A stretch of 64,000 nucleotides of DNA from Chthoniobacterales bacterium (GTDB lineage: Bacteria > Verrucomicrobiota > Verrucomicrobiia > Chthoniobacterales > JAATET01): the NCBI GenBank assembly GCA_036569045.1, contig DATCRI010000087.1:381-64380 (forward strand). The letters run 5' to 3'. Within the stretch, counting starts at the first letter, position 1, and each line of letters starts with the position of its first letter. Below, piece after piece: positions 26,366 to 35,634 of the stretch. Under the pieces are notes generated by a model. It was not told the DNA's origin. It made no database searches and saw nothing but the letters and a program-made list of their open reading frames with translations. Both the position numbers and the translations under genes were made by a program.

Positions 26366-28852
26366 ATGCCAAAAGCCGCCAACACCACTCTCAGCGAGGC
26401 TCTCGGCGTCCTCCTGCTCGGCGCGGGCATTCTCCTGCTCCTCGCTCTCGTCTCCTACGATCCGGCCGACGTGCCGTCCTGGGTCTTTTTCAGCCACATC
26501 GTCCCGCCAAACCCGAAAATCACGAATTTCATCGGTCTCGTGGGCGTGCTGGTGGCCGGCCTTCTCTATTTCCTCATCGGTGCGGCCGCGTATCTCCTCG
26601 CCGTCGTGCTGCTGGGCTTCGGCGCCGGAAAACTGTTCTTCCCGAAGGTGCGCTTCGCCAGCCGCGCGCCGTGGGTCATTCTGTTCCTGCTCTGCGGCGC
26701 GAGCCTGCTGCACATCCAGCCGTGGTTCCTCCAGAGCTGGAAAGCGATCTTCCACGTGGAGGGCCCCGGCGGCTGGTTCGGGAAATGGATCGGCGAGAAG
26801 GCTTTCGAGACCACGATGGGCACCGTCGGCTCGGCCATCGTGCTGCTAGCCATCTACATCGCCAGCCTCATTCTCGTCACCGGCTTCCATCCGATCCGCT
26901 TCGTTCAGCTCTGCGCGAAGCACATCACGACGACCATTGCCGAGCGCCGCGAACGCCGCCGCGCCAAGCTCGATGCGGACGCGCTTTTTGCCGAGAACCA
27001 GCGGGAAATCGAAAAGGGCGCCCGCCAGCTCGAGAAAAAAATGCGCCGTCGTCCCGCGCCCGCGGCGGAGCCGGAACCTCCCGCACCCGTCGAGGAACCC
27101 GCTCCCTCGTTTCCGCCGCCGAAGATCATCGACGCCTCCGTCCCGCCCCCGGCGCGCAAGCCGACCCTCGAGGAACTCAAGGCCAGCAAGGCGAGGAAAA
27201 GCGACGCGCTTCCTCCCGGCCTGAAGGGCGTGCACGTCGAAAACTACTCCCTGCCGTCGCTCGACCTCATCGACCAGCCCGACGCCGCGGATCACGTCGC
27301 CACCGACCCCGCCGAGCTCCAGGCGACGCAAAACATCATTCTCGACACGCTCGCGCAGTTCGCGATCTCGGCGAGCCCCGGTGACATCACGAAGGGCCCG
27401 ACCATTACCCGCTACGAGCTCTATCCCGCAAAGGGAGTGCGCGTGGATCGCATCGTCGCCCTCGAGCGCGACATCGCCCGCGCCACCCGCGCCGAGCGGA
27501 TCAACATTCTCGCGCCGATTCCCGGCAAGGATACCGTCGGCATCGAGATCGCCAACGCGAACAAGGTGAAGGTCACGCTGCGCGAGCTGTTCGAAAGCGA
27601 CGCATGGGTGAACTCCAAGGCCCGCCTGCCCCTCGCGCTGGGCAAGGATGTCTATGGCAACACGATCATCGCGGACCTCGCGGGTATGCCGCATTGCCTC
27701 GTCGCCGGCACCACCGGCTCGGGCAAGAGCGTGTGCATCAACGCCATCATCGCCAGCCTCCTCTTCCGGTTCACGCCCGAGGAGCTGCGCTTCATCATGA
27801 TCGATCCCAAGGTCGTCGAGATGCAGATGTATAACACGCTGCCGCATCTCGTGACGCCCGTCGTGACCGACCCGAAAAAGGTGCTCCTCGCGCTGCGCTG
27901 GGTCGTCGACGAGATGGAGCTGCGCTACCGCATCATCGCGAAGGTCGGCGTGCGCAACATCGCCGCCTTCAACGCCCGGCCGAAACCGAAATCCCAGGCC
28001 GAGCTCGACGCCGAAGCGGCCGAGAAGGCCGCGGCCAACCCCGCCGCCGAGGACGACGGCCCATTGGAGTTCATTGCCGAGCCGCCGCCCGTGGACGAGC
28101 ATCCCGACGCGCCGGACATGGATCCCGACGAGGCTGTGAACGAGCCCCCGAAGATCAGCGTCCCCCGCGATGCGGACGAGCTCATCATTCCCGAGCACAT
28201 GCCCTACATCGTCGTCATCATCGACGAGCTCGCGGACCTCATGCAGACCGCGCCGGCCGACATGGAAAGCGCCATCGCCCGCATCGCGCAGAAGGCCCGC
28301 GCCGCCGGCATTCACCTCATCGTCGCCACGCAGACACCCCGCGCCGACGTCGTCACCGGCATCATCAAGGCAAACATCCCGAGCCGCATTGCCTTCCAGG
28401 TCGCGAGCAAGATCGACTCCCGCGTCATCCTCGACGAAAACGGCGCCGAAAAGCTCCTCGGCCAGGGCGACATGCTCTACCTCCCGCCCGGCACCTCGAA
28501 GCTCGTCCGCTCGCAGGGCGTGCTCGTCACCGACGACGAGATCCGCCGCGTCGTCGAGTTCGTCTCGGCCAACGGTCCCCCACAGTTCGAGCCCACGATT
28601 CACAGCAAACTCTCCCGCCCGTCGCAGGATGAGGAGGAAATCAGTGAGGAAGACGAGGAACTGGTTGAAAAGTGCCTCGAAATCATTAAGCAGGAGGGCA
28701 AGGCATCGACCTCGATGCTCCAGCGCCGACTCCGCCTCGGATACACGCGCGCGGCCCGGGTGGTGGACATTCTGGAAGTGCGTGGCGTGCTGGGCCCGAA
28801 GGACGGCGCCAAAGACCGCGAAATCCTCATCGACCTCAATTCCATTTCATGA
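26366..28852 (+). CDS. ftsK: DNA translocase FtsK/SpoIIIE
   Basis: Track ORF 26060-28852. ATG at 26366 gives MPKAANTTLSEALGVLLLGAGILLLL plus 4 TM helices. Pro-rich linker. Motor with Walker A VAGTTGSGKSV and DELADLM. C-terminal gamma winged helix STSMLQRRLRLGYTRAARVVDILE. Confidence 0.93.
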   Translation: MPKAANTTLSEALGVLLLGAGILLLLALVSYDPADVPSWVFFSHIVPPNPKITNFIGLVGVLVAGLLYFLIGAAAYLLAVVLLGFGAGKLFFPKVRFASRAPWVILFLLCGASLLHIQPWFLQSWKAIFHVEGPGGWFGKWIGEKAFETTMGTVGSAIVLLAIYIASLILVTGFHPIRFVQLCAKHITTTIAERRERRRAKLDADALFAENQREIEKGARQLEKKMRRRPAPAAEPEPPAPVEEPAPSFPPPKIIDASVPPPARKPTLEELKASKARKSDALPPGLKGVHVENYSLPSLDLIDQPDAADHVATDPAELQATQNIILDTLAQFAISASPGDITKGPTITRYELYPAKGVRVDRIVALERDIARATRAERINILAPIPGKDTVGIEIANANKVKVTLRELFESDAWVNSKARLPLALGKDVYGNTIIADLAGMPHCLVAGTTGSGKSVCINAIIASLLFRFTPEELRFIMIDPKVVEMQMYNTLPHLVTPVVTDPKKVLLALRWVVDEMELRYRIIAKVGVRNIAAFNARPKPKSQAELDAEAAEKAAANPAAEDDGPLEFIAEPPPVDEHPDAPDMDPDEAVNEPPKISVPRDADELIIPEHMPYIVVIIDELADLMQTAPADMESAIARIAQKARAAGIHLIVATQTPRADVVTGIIKANIPSRIAFQVASKIDSRVILDENGAEKLLGQGDMLYLPPGTSKLVRSQGVLVTDDEIRRVVEFVSANGPPQFEPTIHSKLSRPSQDEEEISEEDEELVEKCLEIIKQEGKASTSMLQRRLRLGYTRAARVVDILEVRGVLGPKDGAKDREILIDLNSIS

Positions 28853-29730
28853 AACCCGCGCAGCAACAGCTGATGCTCTCGATCGGCGCCCTTCTGGCAG
28901 CCGAGCGCGAAAAGCGTGGCATCCCCGTGGAGAAGGCCGCCAAGGAGACGCGCATGCGCCCGCAGCGCATCCGCGACATGGAGGCCGACGACCTCTCGCA
29001 TTTCACGAATCCCAGCTACGCCCGGATGTTCATCATCGCCTACGCGAAGTATCTGGACATCCCGATGCAGACGATCCACGAGCATCTGCCCGACCGCGGC
29101 GAGCCTGGCACGGAAGGCTACCAATACATCAACTCCACGCCCGACGAGCTGCCCTCCCTGCGTCGCGACCTCGTCTCCCGCCCGCTACGCCGCACGTGGC
29201 TGCCCACCATTCTCGTCGTCTCGATTCTCAGCCTCGTCGTCGCCGCGGTCATCGCCGTAGCGATCATCGTGATCAATCTTCCGCGACTCACGGCCTCGGC
29301 GGACCCCAAGGAGGCCGCCGCGCCGGAAGGAGCCCCCTCGTCGCCCGCCACCGAGGTGGTCACCAAGACCATCGTCATCACCGAGCCGAACATCACCAAC
29401 CTGCCCCCGGCCGAGCCCAAACCCATCGACCCGATCGATCCCACCCGGGTCAACCCCGCGCTCGCTCCCGCCGCGGCCAGCACGCCGCCCGTCTTCACCG
29501 AGACCGCGCAGATCGCCGCGCCGCCGAAGCCGACCCCCATCGTCGTCATCAGCGATCACCCGCCCGCCACGGCCACCGACCTGCAGACCTCCGTCCCCAC
29601 CGCCAGCCCGGCGACGGAGGAAGACCGCGCCTTCCTTCTCAACTCCGAGTCCGCCCCGCCCGCCGCCAGCGCGAGCCCGGCGCCGACCGCTTCGCCGGCC
29701 ACCTCGCCGGCCGACGCTCCCGTCGACTAA
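28849..29730 (+). CDS. RodZ-like HTH membrane protein
   Basis: Its start overlaps the ftsK stop (ATGA). XRE-type HTH region IGALLAAEREKRGIPVEKAAKETRMRPQRIRDMEADD. FTNPSYARMFIIAYAKYL. One TM helix (TILVVSILSLVVAAVIAVAIIVI). Pro/Ala/Thr-rich tail. Confidence 0.7.
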   Translation: MKPAQQQLMLSIGALLAAEREKRGIPVEKAAKETRMRPQRIRDMEADDLSHFTNPSYARMFIIAYAKYLDIPMQTIHEHLPDRGEPGTEGYQYINSTPDELPSLRRDLVSRPLRRTWLPTILVVSILSLVVAAVIAVAIIVINLPRLTASADPKEAAAPEGAPSSPATEVVTKTIVITEPNITNLPPAEPKPIDPIDPTRVNPALAPAAASTPPVFTETAQIAAPPKPTPIVVISDHPPATATDLQTSVPTASPATEEDRAFLLNSESAPPAASASPAPTASPATSPADAPVD

Positions 29731-29772
29731 ATTCCCGGCGGCCCCGCGCCGCCGCCAGCCCGTCTCGTTTCC

Positions 29773-31161
29773 ATGTCCGCCGTCCTCGATAAAGCCGCTC
29801 CCCGCAAGGTGGGGATGATCAGCCTCGGCTGCGCCAAGAATCTCGTCGATGCCGAGGTGATGCTCGGCGACGCCGCCACCCGCGGCTACGAAGTCACCGC
29901 AAACGCCGACGACGCCGACGTGATCGTCGTGAACACCTGCGGCTTCATCGACTCCGCCAAGCAGGAATCCATCGACGCCATCCTCGACGCCGGCGCGAAG
30001 CTCCGCGAGGGCCAGAAACTCGTCGTGAGCGGCTGCCTCTCCCAGCGCTACTCCGGCGAACTCCGCAACGAGCTCCCCGAGGTCCACGCCTTCATCGGCC
30101 TCGACCAGGTCGCGCAATCCGGCGCCATCTTCGACTCCCTGTTCGACGACGACCACGCCGAGAGCGCGGTGAATCTCGTCACCCGCGGCTCCCGCTACAT
30201 TCCCGACTACACCACGCCGAAGTTCCAGCTCACCCCGGCGCACACCGCCTACGTCAAGATCGCCGAGGGCTGCAACCACCCCTGCAGCTTCTGCGTCATC
30301 CCCCAGATGCGCGGCAAACACCGCAGCCGCACCATCGACTCCGTCGTCCGCGAGACCCGCGAGCGCCTCGCCGCCGGCGTGCGCGAGATCAACCTCATCT
30401 CGCAGGACACCACCTACTACGGCATGGACCTCTGGGAGCAAAAGGCCTCCCCCACCCAGCCGATCGACAGCTCCCGCGGCCCCACGCTCGTCACCCTGCT
30501 CGACGAGCTCGGCCAGCTCGGCAAACCCAGCGACGAATTCTGGATCCGCCTGCTTTACACGCACCCCGCCCACTGGAGCGACGAGCTCATCGCCGCCATC
30601 GCGCGGAATCCCCGCGTCGTCCCCTACATCGACATGCCCCTCCAGCACATCCACGAGGGCATGCTCGGCACGATGAAGCGCCAGACCACCCGCCAGCACA
30701 TCGAGGACCTCATCCTCCGCCTGCGCGCCGGCATTCCGAATCTCGCCATCCGCACCACCTTCATCGTCGGCTTCCCCGGCGAGACCGACGAGCAATTCGA
30801 GAGCCTGCTCGAGTTCATCGAGCGCGTCCGCTTCGAGCGCCTCGGCGTCTTCGCCTACTCCCGCGAGGAAGGCTCCCGCGCCGCCAAGATGGAGGGCCAG
30901 ATCCCCACCGCCGTCAAAAACCGCCGCCACCGCCGCGCCATGAAGCTCCAGCAAAAGATCGCCGGAGAGCTCGCCGCCGCCCAGGTCGGCAGCACCCTCC
31001 GCGTGCTCGTCGAGCAGCCTCGCGTCGGCCGCACCATGCACGACGCCCCCGAGGTCGACTGCAAGGTCATCCTCACGAAAGACGCCCCCGTCGGGCAGTT
31101 CGTGGACGCCAAAGTCACCGGCACCCAGGTCTACGATCTCGTCGCCGAGCCGCTCCGCTAG
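29773..31161 (+). CDS. rimO: ribosomal protein S12 methylthiotransferase
   Basis: KVGMISLGCAKNLVDAEVMLG N-terminus. Radical-SAM motif EGCNHPCSFCVIPQMRG. C-terminal TRAM domain (LRVLVEQP...VTGTQVYDLVAE). Confidence 0.93.
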   Translation: MSAVLDKAAPRKVGMISLGCAKNLVDAEVMLGDAATRGYEVTANADDADVIVVNTCGFIDSAKQESIDAILDAGAKLREGQKLVVSGCLSQRYSGELRNELPEVHAFIGLDQVAQSGAIFDSLFDDDHAESAVNLVTRGSRYIPDYTTPKFQLTPAHTAYVKIAEGCNHPCSFCVIPQMRGKHRSRTIDSVVRETRERLAAGVREINLISQDTTYYGMDLWEQKASPTQPIDSSRGPTLVTLLDELGQLGKPSDEFWIRLLYTHPAHWSDELIAAIARNPRVVPYIDMPLQHIHEGMLGTMKRQTTRQHIEDLILRLRAGIPNLAIRTTFIVGFPGETDEQFESLLEFIERVRFERLGVFAYSREEGSRAAKMEGQIPTAVKNRRHRRAMKLQQKIAGELAAAQVGSTLRVLVEQPRVGRTMHDAPEVDCKVILTKDAPVGQFVDAKVTGTQVYDLVAEPLR

Positions 31162-31371
31162 GCAACCGCCGCGTTTTATCTGCTGAAGAAGCGCCTTTGC
31201 CGGCCTACGACGCCGTTTTGTCGGCTGACAAAGCCCCTTTGTCACCCAACAAAGTCGCTTTGTTGACCGACGAAGCTGTTTTGCTGACTGACGAAGCCAC
31301 TTCGTCGACTGAAGAAGCCGTTTTGTTGACTGAAGAAACGGCTTTGTCGGGTGACAAAACCGTTTTGTGAC
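31162..31371. repeat. tandem array of 9-10 copies of a 21-bp imperfectly palindromic unit (consensus about CTGACGAAGCCGTTTTGTCGA)
   Basis: Read directly, perfectly phased units:
- 31183 ctgaagaagcgcctttgccgg
- 31204 cctacgacgccgttttgtcgg
- 31225 ctgacaaagcccctttgtcac
- 31246 ccaacaaagtcgctttgttga
- 31267 ccgacgaagctgttttgctga
- 31288 ctgacgaagccacttcgtcga
- 31309 ctgaagaagccgttttgttga
- 31330 ctgaagaaacggctttgtcgg
- 31351 gtgacaaaaccgttttgtgac
There is also a degenerate unit at 31162. Confidence 0.9.
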
Positions 31372-31447
31372 CCTTTTCCGCGCCACGTTTCTCTGTAAAC
31401 GGCGCTCCGGGGGTCGCTTTGCGGCCTTACGAAAGCGAGCGACCGTC

Positions 31448-31846
31448 TCAGGCGGAATACACCGCGCCGTCGTCGAAGGATTTCTCCTCGCGGATCGGCA
31501 ACTCCTTCGCCTCGCGATCGAGTTCCTGGAAAAAGCAGCTCCGGTAGCCCGTGTGGCACGCGCCGCCGGCCTGTTCCACCTCGAAAAGCAGCACATCGCG
31601 GTCGCAATCCTGGAACCACCGCACCACACGCTGCGTGTGCCCGCTCGTCTCGCCCTTCAGCCAGAGCTTGCCGCGGGACCGGCTCCAATAGTGCATCATC
31701 CCCGTCTCCAGCGTCTTCTCGAGCGACTCGCGGTTGAGCCACGCGAACATCAGGATCCTGCCGGTCGGCGCCTCCGCACCGGGCACCGCCTCCTGCACGA
31801 TGGCGGGGATGAGGCCGTCCGCCGTAAACTTGAAATCAAATTCCAT
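31448..31846 (-). CDS. hisI: phosphoribosyl-AMP cyclohydrolase
   Basis: GLIPAIVQEA...ILMFAWLNRESLEKTLETGMMHYWSRSRGKLWLKGETSGHTQ...DCDRDVLLFEVEQAGGACHTGYRSCFF is the HisI signature. It is monofunctional (no HisE part). Confidence 0.92.
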   Translation of the reverse strand: MEFDFKFTADGLIPAIVQEAVPGAEAPTGRILMFAWLNRESLEKTLETGMMHYWSRSRGKLWLKGETSGHTQRVVRWFQDCDRDVLLFEVEQAGGACHTGYRSCFFQELDREAKELPIREEKSFDDGAVYSA

Positions 31847-31916
31847 GCGCCACCATCCCGCCCGGAGCCGACCGAAGTCAATCCACGGATTGCGCCGTTT
31901 TCCGCGGAACTAAACT

Positions 31917-32825
31917 GTGAAAATCTCCGAAGTTGTGGAAAATTGCCGGTCCATGAGCGCCGAAGTCCCCGCCACCGATACCCCGCCGCCCGTCCGGTAT
32001 CGCCATTTCACCGTCCCGCCCGCGACCGTGCGCCTCACCGTCGACGACCTCACCACCCTGCTCCCCGACGGCGTCTGGATCGGCACCGAGGCCGACAAAA
32101 AGCGCGAGGTCACGCTCCCGACCACCGAGATTCTCGAGAAGAATTTTCCCCGCATTCGCCTCTCGCGCCTGGCCGACCTCCTGCCCGGCTGCCTGCGCGT
32201 CGAGGGCGCGCCGGACTGGATCGCCCTGCCCGCCGACCGCGTCGTGCTCGCCTACCATCCCGAATCGCGACGGGAAAAGATCCTGGAGCCGGGCGAAGAA
32301 CCCGCTCCGGAACCTGCCCCCGAGCCCGCTGCCGAGGAGAAGCGCCGGCCGGGCTGGAAGAAGATCCCGAAGCCCGAACTCGCCCCGGTCCCGCCACCAA
32401 AGCCCATTCCGCTGAGCGAGCGCAAGTTCCCCGCGGAGGAGGAGAAGCGCCTGCAGCACATCTTCCTCACCGAGGACGCCCTGCCCGTCGCCCGTCTCGT
32501 CGATCTCGCCGGCAGCCTGCCCTCGATCCAGGGCTGCGCGCTCACGCACGGCGCGGAGCACGTGCGCTCCGAGAATTTCCCGGCCGGCATCGACGTGCCG
32601 GCGCTGGCCGACACGGCGCTCGATCTCCTGCCGAAGGCCGGCCACGCCCACGGCCTGCGCTTCCTGCCCACGCTCACGCTCTATGCGGAGTCGGGCCCGA
32701 TCTCGCTGCTCCATCGCGGCGATTACCGCATGGTCGTCGTGCATCGCGAGCGCGGCTTTCTGCCCGGCGTGCGCGAGAAGATCGACGCGGCGTTGGAAAT
32801 GCTCGCCGCCCTGCCGAAGGCCTGA
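31917..32825 (+). CDS. hypothetical protein (N-terminal domain, Pro/Glu-rich linker, C-terminal Roadblock/LC7-like region?)
   Basis: 302-aa ORF with good GC3 coding character. Alternative ATG at 31953. Linker EPGEEPAPEPAPEPAAEEKRRPGWKK. The C-terminal 110 aa (LVDLAGSLPSIQGCALTHG...ISLLHRGDYRMVVVH) loosely resembles Roadblock/MglB folds. That assignment is weak. Confidence 0.45.
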   Translation: MKISEVVENCRSMSAEVPATDTPPPVRYRHFTVPPATVRLTVDDLTTLLPDGVWIGTEADKKREVTLPTTEILEKNFPRIRLSRLADLLPGCLRVEGAPDWIALPADRVVLAYHPESRREKILEPGEEPAPEPAPEPAAEEKRRPGWKKIPKPELAPVPPPKPIPLSERKFPAEEEKRLQHIFLTEDALPVARLVDLAGSLPSIQGCALTHGAEHVRSENFPAGIDVPALADTALDLLPKAGHAHGLRFLPTLTLYAESGPISLLHRGDYRMVVVHRERGFLPGVREKIDAALEMLAALPKA

Positions 32826-33299
32826 TCAGCGGAGCCGATACCGCCCGTCGCCGACGCTCAGCACGGTGATGCGCACGGGCGCGGTGCCACGTTCGTAAAA
32901 GCGAAGCTTCTTCGCGACCGGGGCGGTGACGTCGAGGATGCGGCCTTCGACGTAAGGCCCGCGATCGTTCAGGCGAATGACCGCGCTGCGGCCGTTGCGG
33001 AGATTCGTCACGCGCACGCGGCACGGCAGCGGCAGCGTCTTGTGGGCGCCGCCGGTCGTCCAGCCATACATGCTCTCGCCGAGCGCGGTCTTTCCGGGGA
33101 AGAGGAACCAGCCCTCGCTGTAATGCGAGGCAATGCCCTCCTCGGTGTAGCCGACCGCGTCGCGCGGAGCGATCGGCACGTAATATTGCCCTCGCACCGT
33201 GTAGGGCCGCCACTTGTAGCCGCGGTAGTCGCCGCCGCCGCAACCGGCCAGCAGCAGGGTCAGCCCGAGGAGCGAGGCGATGCCGAGCCGGGTCTTCAT
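32826..33299 (-). CDS. rlpA: septal ring lytic transglycosylase RlpA-family lipoprotein (DPBB domain)
   Basis: Lipoprotein signal MKTRLGIASLLGLTLLLAGC. EGIASHYS...GKTALGE...HKTLPLPCRVRVTNLRNGRSAVIRLNDRGPY is the RlpA double-psi beta-barrel signature. Confidence 0.88.
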   Translation of the reverse strand: MKTRLGIASLLGLTLLLAGCGGGDYRGYKWRPYTVRGQYYVPIAPRDAVGYTEEGIASHYSEGWFLFPGKTALGESMYGWTTGGAHKTLPLPCRVRVTNLRNGRSAVIRLNDRGPYVEGRILDVTAPVAKKLRFYERGTAPVRITVLSVGDGRYRLR

Positions 33300-33307
33300 G
33301 GGGATTT

Positions 33308-34306
33308 CTATTCGGGGAAGCTGGCGATGAGCTCCTCGGCGCTCACGGTCGCGGTGCCGAGCTTGCCGACGACGATGCCCGAGGCGTGGTTCGCGACTTC
33401 GGCCGCTTCCCGCGCCGACGCTCCTGCCGCAAGGGCAAGCGTGTAGAGCGAGATCGCCGTGTCGCCGGCGCCCGAGACGTCGAAGACCTCCTGCGCGCGC
33501 GTCGGCGTGTGGTAGGGCGGCTGCCCTTCATCGAAAAGAATCATGCCGTGCTCGCTGAGCGTGATGAGGAGCTGCTTCACGTGCCAGCGCTCGAGCAAAC
33601 GCCGGCCCACCTCGAGCAGCGGGGCGTCCTCGAGCGGATTGTCGGCGGGTTCGCCATTGGGCACACCGGCGGCGGCAAAGGCCTCGGAGCGGTTCGGCTT
33701 GATCGCCGTCGTGCCGGACCAGTCCAGCGGGTTCGACGGATTCGGGTCCACCGTCACCACGATGTCCCGCGGCGCCACCATCGCGCAGACGGCGTCCTTG
33801 AGCGCCTGGCCGATCAGGCCCTTGCCGTAGTCCTCGAAAATGATCGCGTCCGTCTCGGGCAGCACCCGCTCGACCTGCGCGAGGATCGCCGCGAAGGATT
33901 CGGGCGAAAGCGGGGCGCGTTTCTCGCGATCCACCCGCACGACCTGCTGCTGGCGGGCGATGATCCGCGTCTTCACGATCGTCGGAAAATCCGGAACCTC
34001 GACGAGGCAATCCGTCTGGATCCCCTGCTCCTCGAGCAGCCCGCGGAGCTGGCCGCCGAAAGCGTCGTGCCCGATCGCGCCGAGCACGCGCACGCCCTTC
34101 GTAAATTCCGCGAGGTTGCGGCCGACGTTGGCGGCGCCGCCGGGGTAGCTCGATTCCTTGGAAACTTCTACGACCGGAACGGGCGCCTCGGGCGATATTC
34201 GGGAGACCTTTCCCCATACGAATTCATCGAGCATGACGTCCCCAATCACCAGGATCCGCTTGGCGGATGCGGCGCTAAGGATATTGTGTATTCTGTTGCG
34301 ATTCAT
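33308..34306 (-). CDS. hldA: D-glycero-beta-D-manno-heptose-7-phosphate kinase (RfaE domain I / PfkB family)
   Basis: The track ORF is over-extended to 35146. ATG at 34306 gives MNRNRIHNILSAASAKRILVIGDVMLDEFVWGKVSRISPEAPVPVV. PfkB motif VFDVSGAGDTAISLYTLALAAG near the C-terminus. No adenylyltransferase domain is fused. Confidence 0.85.
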   Translation of the reverse strand: MNRNRIHNILSAASAKRILVIGDVMLDEFVWGKVSRISPEAPVPVVEVSKESSYPGGAANVGRNLAEFTKGVRVLGAIGHDAFGGQLRGLLEEQGIQTDCLVEVPDFPTIVKTRIIARQQQVVRVDREKRAPLSPESFAAILAQVERVLPETDAIIFEDYGKGLIGQALKDAVCAMVAPRDIVVTVDPNPSNPLDWSGTTAIKPNRSEAFAAAGVPNGEPADNPLEDAPLLEVGRRLLERWHVKQLLITLSEHGMILFDEGQPPYHTPTRAQEVFDVSGAGDTAISLYTLALAAGASAREAAEVANHASGIVVGKLGTATVSAEELIASFPE

Positions 34307-34369
34307 TAAGGATACCGGAGGCGATCGAATGGTTCGAGACCGCCGGACACTAAATAGAACTCGTCCATC

Positions 34370-35194
34370 ATGAGAATCTCCATTTTCGGGATCGCGGCCC
34401 CCACGGTTGCCGTCGCGATTCAAATCGCCGCCCTGGCGACCAGCCGGGCCGAATCCGCCCCCGAGCAAATCGACCTTTCGAAATTTCCGGCCGCCGCCGT
34501 GCAGGACGTCGTCGTCCCCGTGCCGAGCGAAGTCTTCAACGTCCTCGACAAACTCGGCTCCCCGAACTGGAAGGGCGAGCTCCGCGATTCCCTCGGCAAG
34601 CAATCCGGCAACCGGGCCCAGGTCGCCCTGCTCCTCGGCACGGTCATCGCCGAGGGCTTCATCGCCGTCGAGGCCGAGGACAGCGAAAAGGTGAAGCAGA
34701 TCGGCCGCGACGTTCTCGATCTCTCCCGCGCCGTCGGCGTGGAAAAGGCCGTCGTCTCCCGCAGCAAGGCCATCGTCGACAAAGCCGACGCCCGCGACTG
34801 GGCCGGCGCCCGCCAGGAACTCGACGGCGCCCTTCAGGACGTTCGCGGGGCGATGCAGGAACTCAACGACGAGGACCTCGCCCAGCTCGTCAGCCTGGGC
34901 GGATGGGTCCGCGGCACCGAGGTGCTCACCTCGATCGTGCAGAAGGATTACAAGCCCTCCCGCGCCGAGCTCCTCCACCAGCCCGAGCTGCTCAACTACT
35001 TCGATCGCCGGCTCGACGACATGAGCCCTCGCCTCCGCAAGAGCGAGCTCGTCAGCCAGCTCAAGACCATGCTCAAGGAAATCCGTCCGCTCATCCTCGA
35101 GGGCGAAGGCCGCAAAATCAGCCCTGAAAGTGTTGAGCGCATTCATTCCGTGACCAGCCAGATGGTTGTCACGATCACCTCGTCCGACGCCTGA
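34370..35194 (+). CDS. hypothetical secreted helical protein
   Basis: 274-aa ORF with a signal-like N-terminus (MRISIFGIAAPTVAVAIQIAALATSRAES). Helix-rich, no recognised family. First gene of a long co-directional string that ends at 41319. Confidence 0.5.
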   Translation: MRISIFGIAAPTVAVAIQIAALATSRAESAPEQIDLSKFPAAAVQDVVVPVPSEVFNVLDKLGSPNWKGELRDSLGKQSGNRAQVALLLGTVIAEGFIAVEAEDSEKVKQIGRDVLDLSRAVGVEKAVVSRSKAIVDKADARDWAGARQELDGALQDVRGAMQELNDEDLAQLVSLGGWVRGTEVLTSIVQKDYKPSRAELLHQPELLNYFDRRLDDMSPRLRKSELVSQLKTMLKEIRPLILEGEGRKISPESVERIHSVTSQMVVTITSSDA

Positions 35195-35202
35195 ACATCC
35201 TT

Positions 35203-35631
35203 GTGAAAAACCGCCTCCTTCTAGCGGCCCTGGCCCTTCTGGTCCTCCCCGCGAGCCTGCACGCCACCGTCGACGACGCCCTGTCGTTCGCCTACGAGGC
35301 CGCGACTCCCTACGTCAAGGAAGGCTACACCTTCCGCGAGGACGCATGGGGTGGCGACCTCGGCCTCGGCGACCAGAAAGCCGTCACGGCCCAGCTTTTC
35401 AAAGGCAACGAGTATTGGTTCTGCCTCGGCACGGACACCGACGGCGCGACCGTCACCGTGAATGTCTACGATTCCAACGGCAAGATTGCCGGCACCAAGG
35501 CCTGGCAAAAAGGTCGCTTCGCCGGCGTGATGGTGACCCCGAGACAGACGGGCACCTTCTACGCCATCGTCGAAGTCAAGAAATCGCCGCAGGAACGCAC
35601 GACCTGGGCGCTCGTTTACGGCTACCGTTGA
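35203..35631 (+). CDS. hypothetical small secreted beta-sandwich protein
   Basis: GTG start gives the signal peptide (M)KNRLLLAALALLVLPASLHA. YWFCLGTDTDGATVTVNVYDSNGKIAG...TGTFYAIVEV loosely resembles pre-peptidase C-terminal (PPC)-type domains. It lies 3 nt upstream of phoH. Confidence 0.5.
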   Translation: MKNRLLLAALALLVLPASLHATVDDALSFAYEAATPYVKEGYTFREDAWGGDLGLGDQKAVTAQLFKGNEYWFCLGTDTDGATVTVNVYDSNGKIAGTKAWQKGRFAGVMVTPRQTGTFYAIVEVKKSPQERTTWALVYGYR

Positions 35632-35634
35632 CCT

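Noticed and set aside
31162-31371. Possible CRISPR array, because of the regularly spaced short palindromic repeats.
   Set aside because: The units are contiguous at a 21-bp period with no unique spacers. They are too short for CRISPR repeats. No cas genes are in the window.
31242-31447. Heptad-repeat peptides encoded across the 21-bp array on the minus strand (for example ...SQNGFVTRQSRFFSQQNGFFSRRSGFVSQQNSFVGQQSDFVG).
   Set aside because: No start codon or ribosome-binding site lies within the intergenic region. The frames are open only as tails of ORFs that overlap hisI out of frame. The periodic peptide follows trivially from a 21-nt DNA repeat.
31372-31447. Hairpin (TCGCTTT...AAAGCGA, GTCGC...GCGAC) downstream of the hisI stop, as a possible hisI terminator.
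   Set aside because: Pairing is possible, but no U-tract follows on the minus strand. I cannot distinguish it from incidental GC-rich secondary structure.
34321-34350. A GGTTCGAGACC sequence resembling a tRNA T-arm.
   Set aside because: The whole intergenic region (34307-34369) is only 63 nt. No acceptor, D or anticodon arms can be drawn. Chance similarity.
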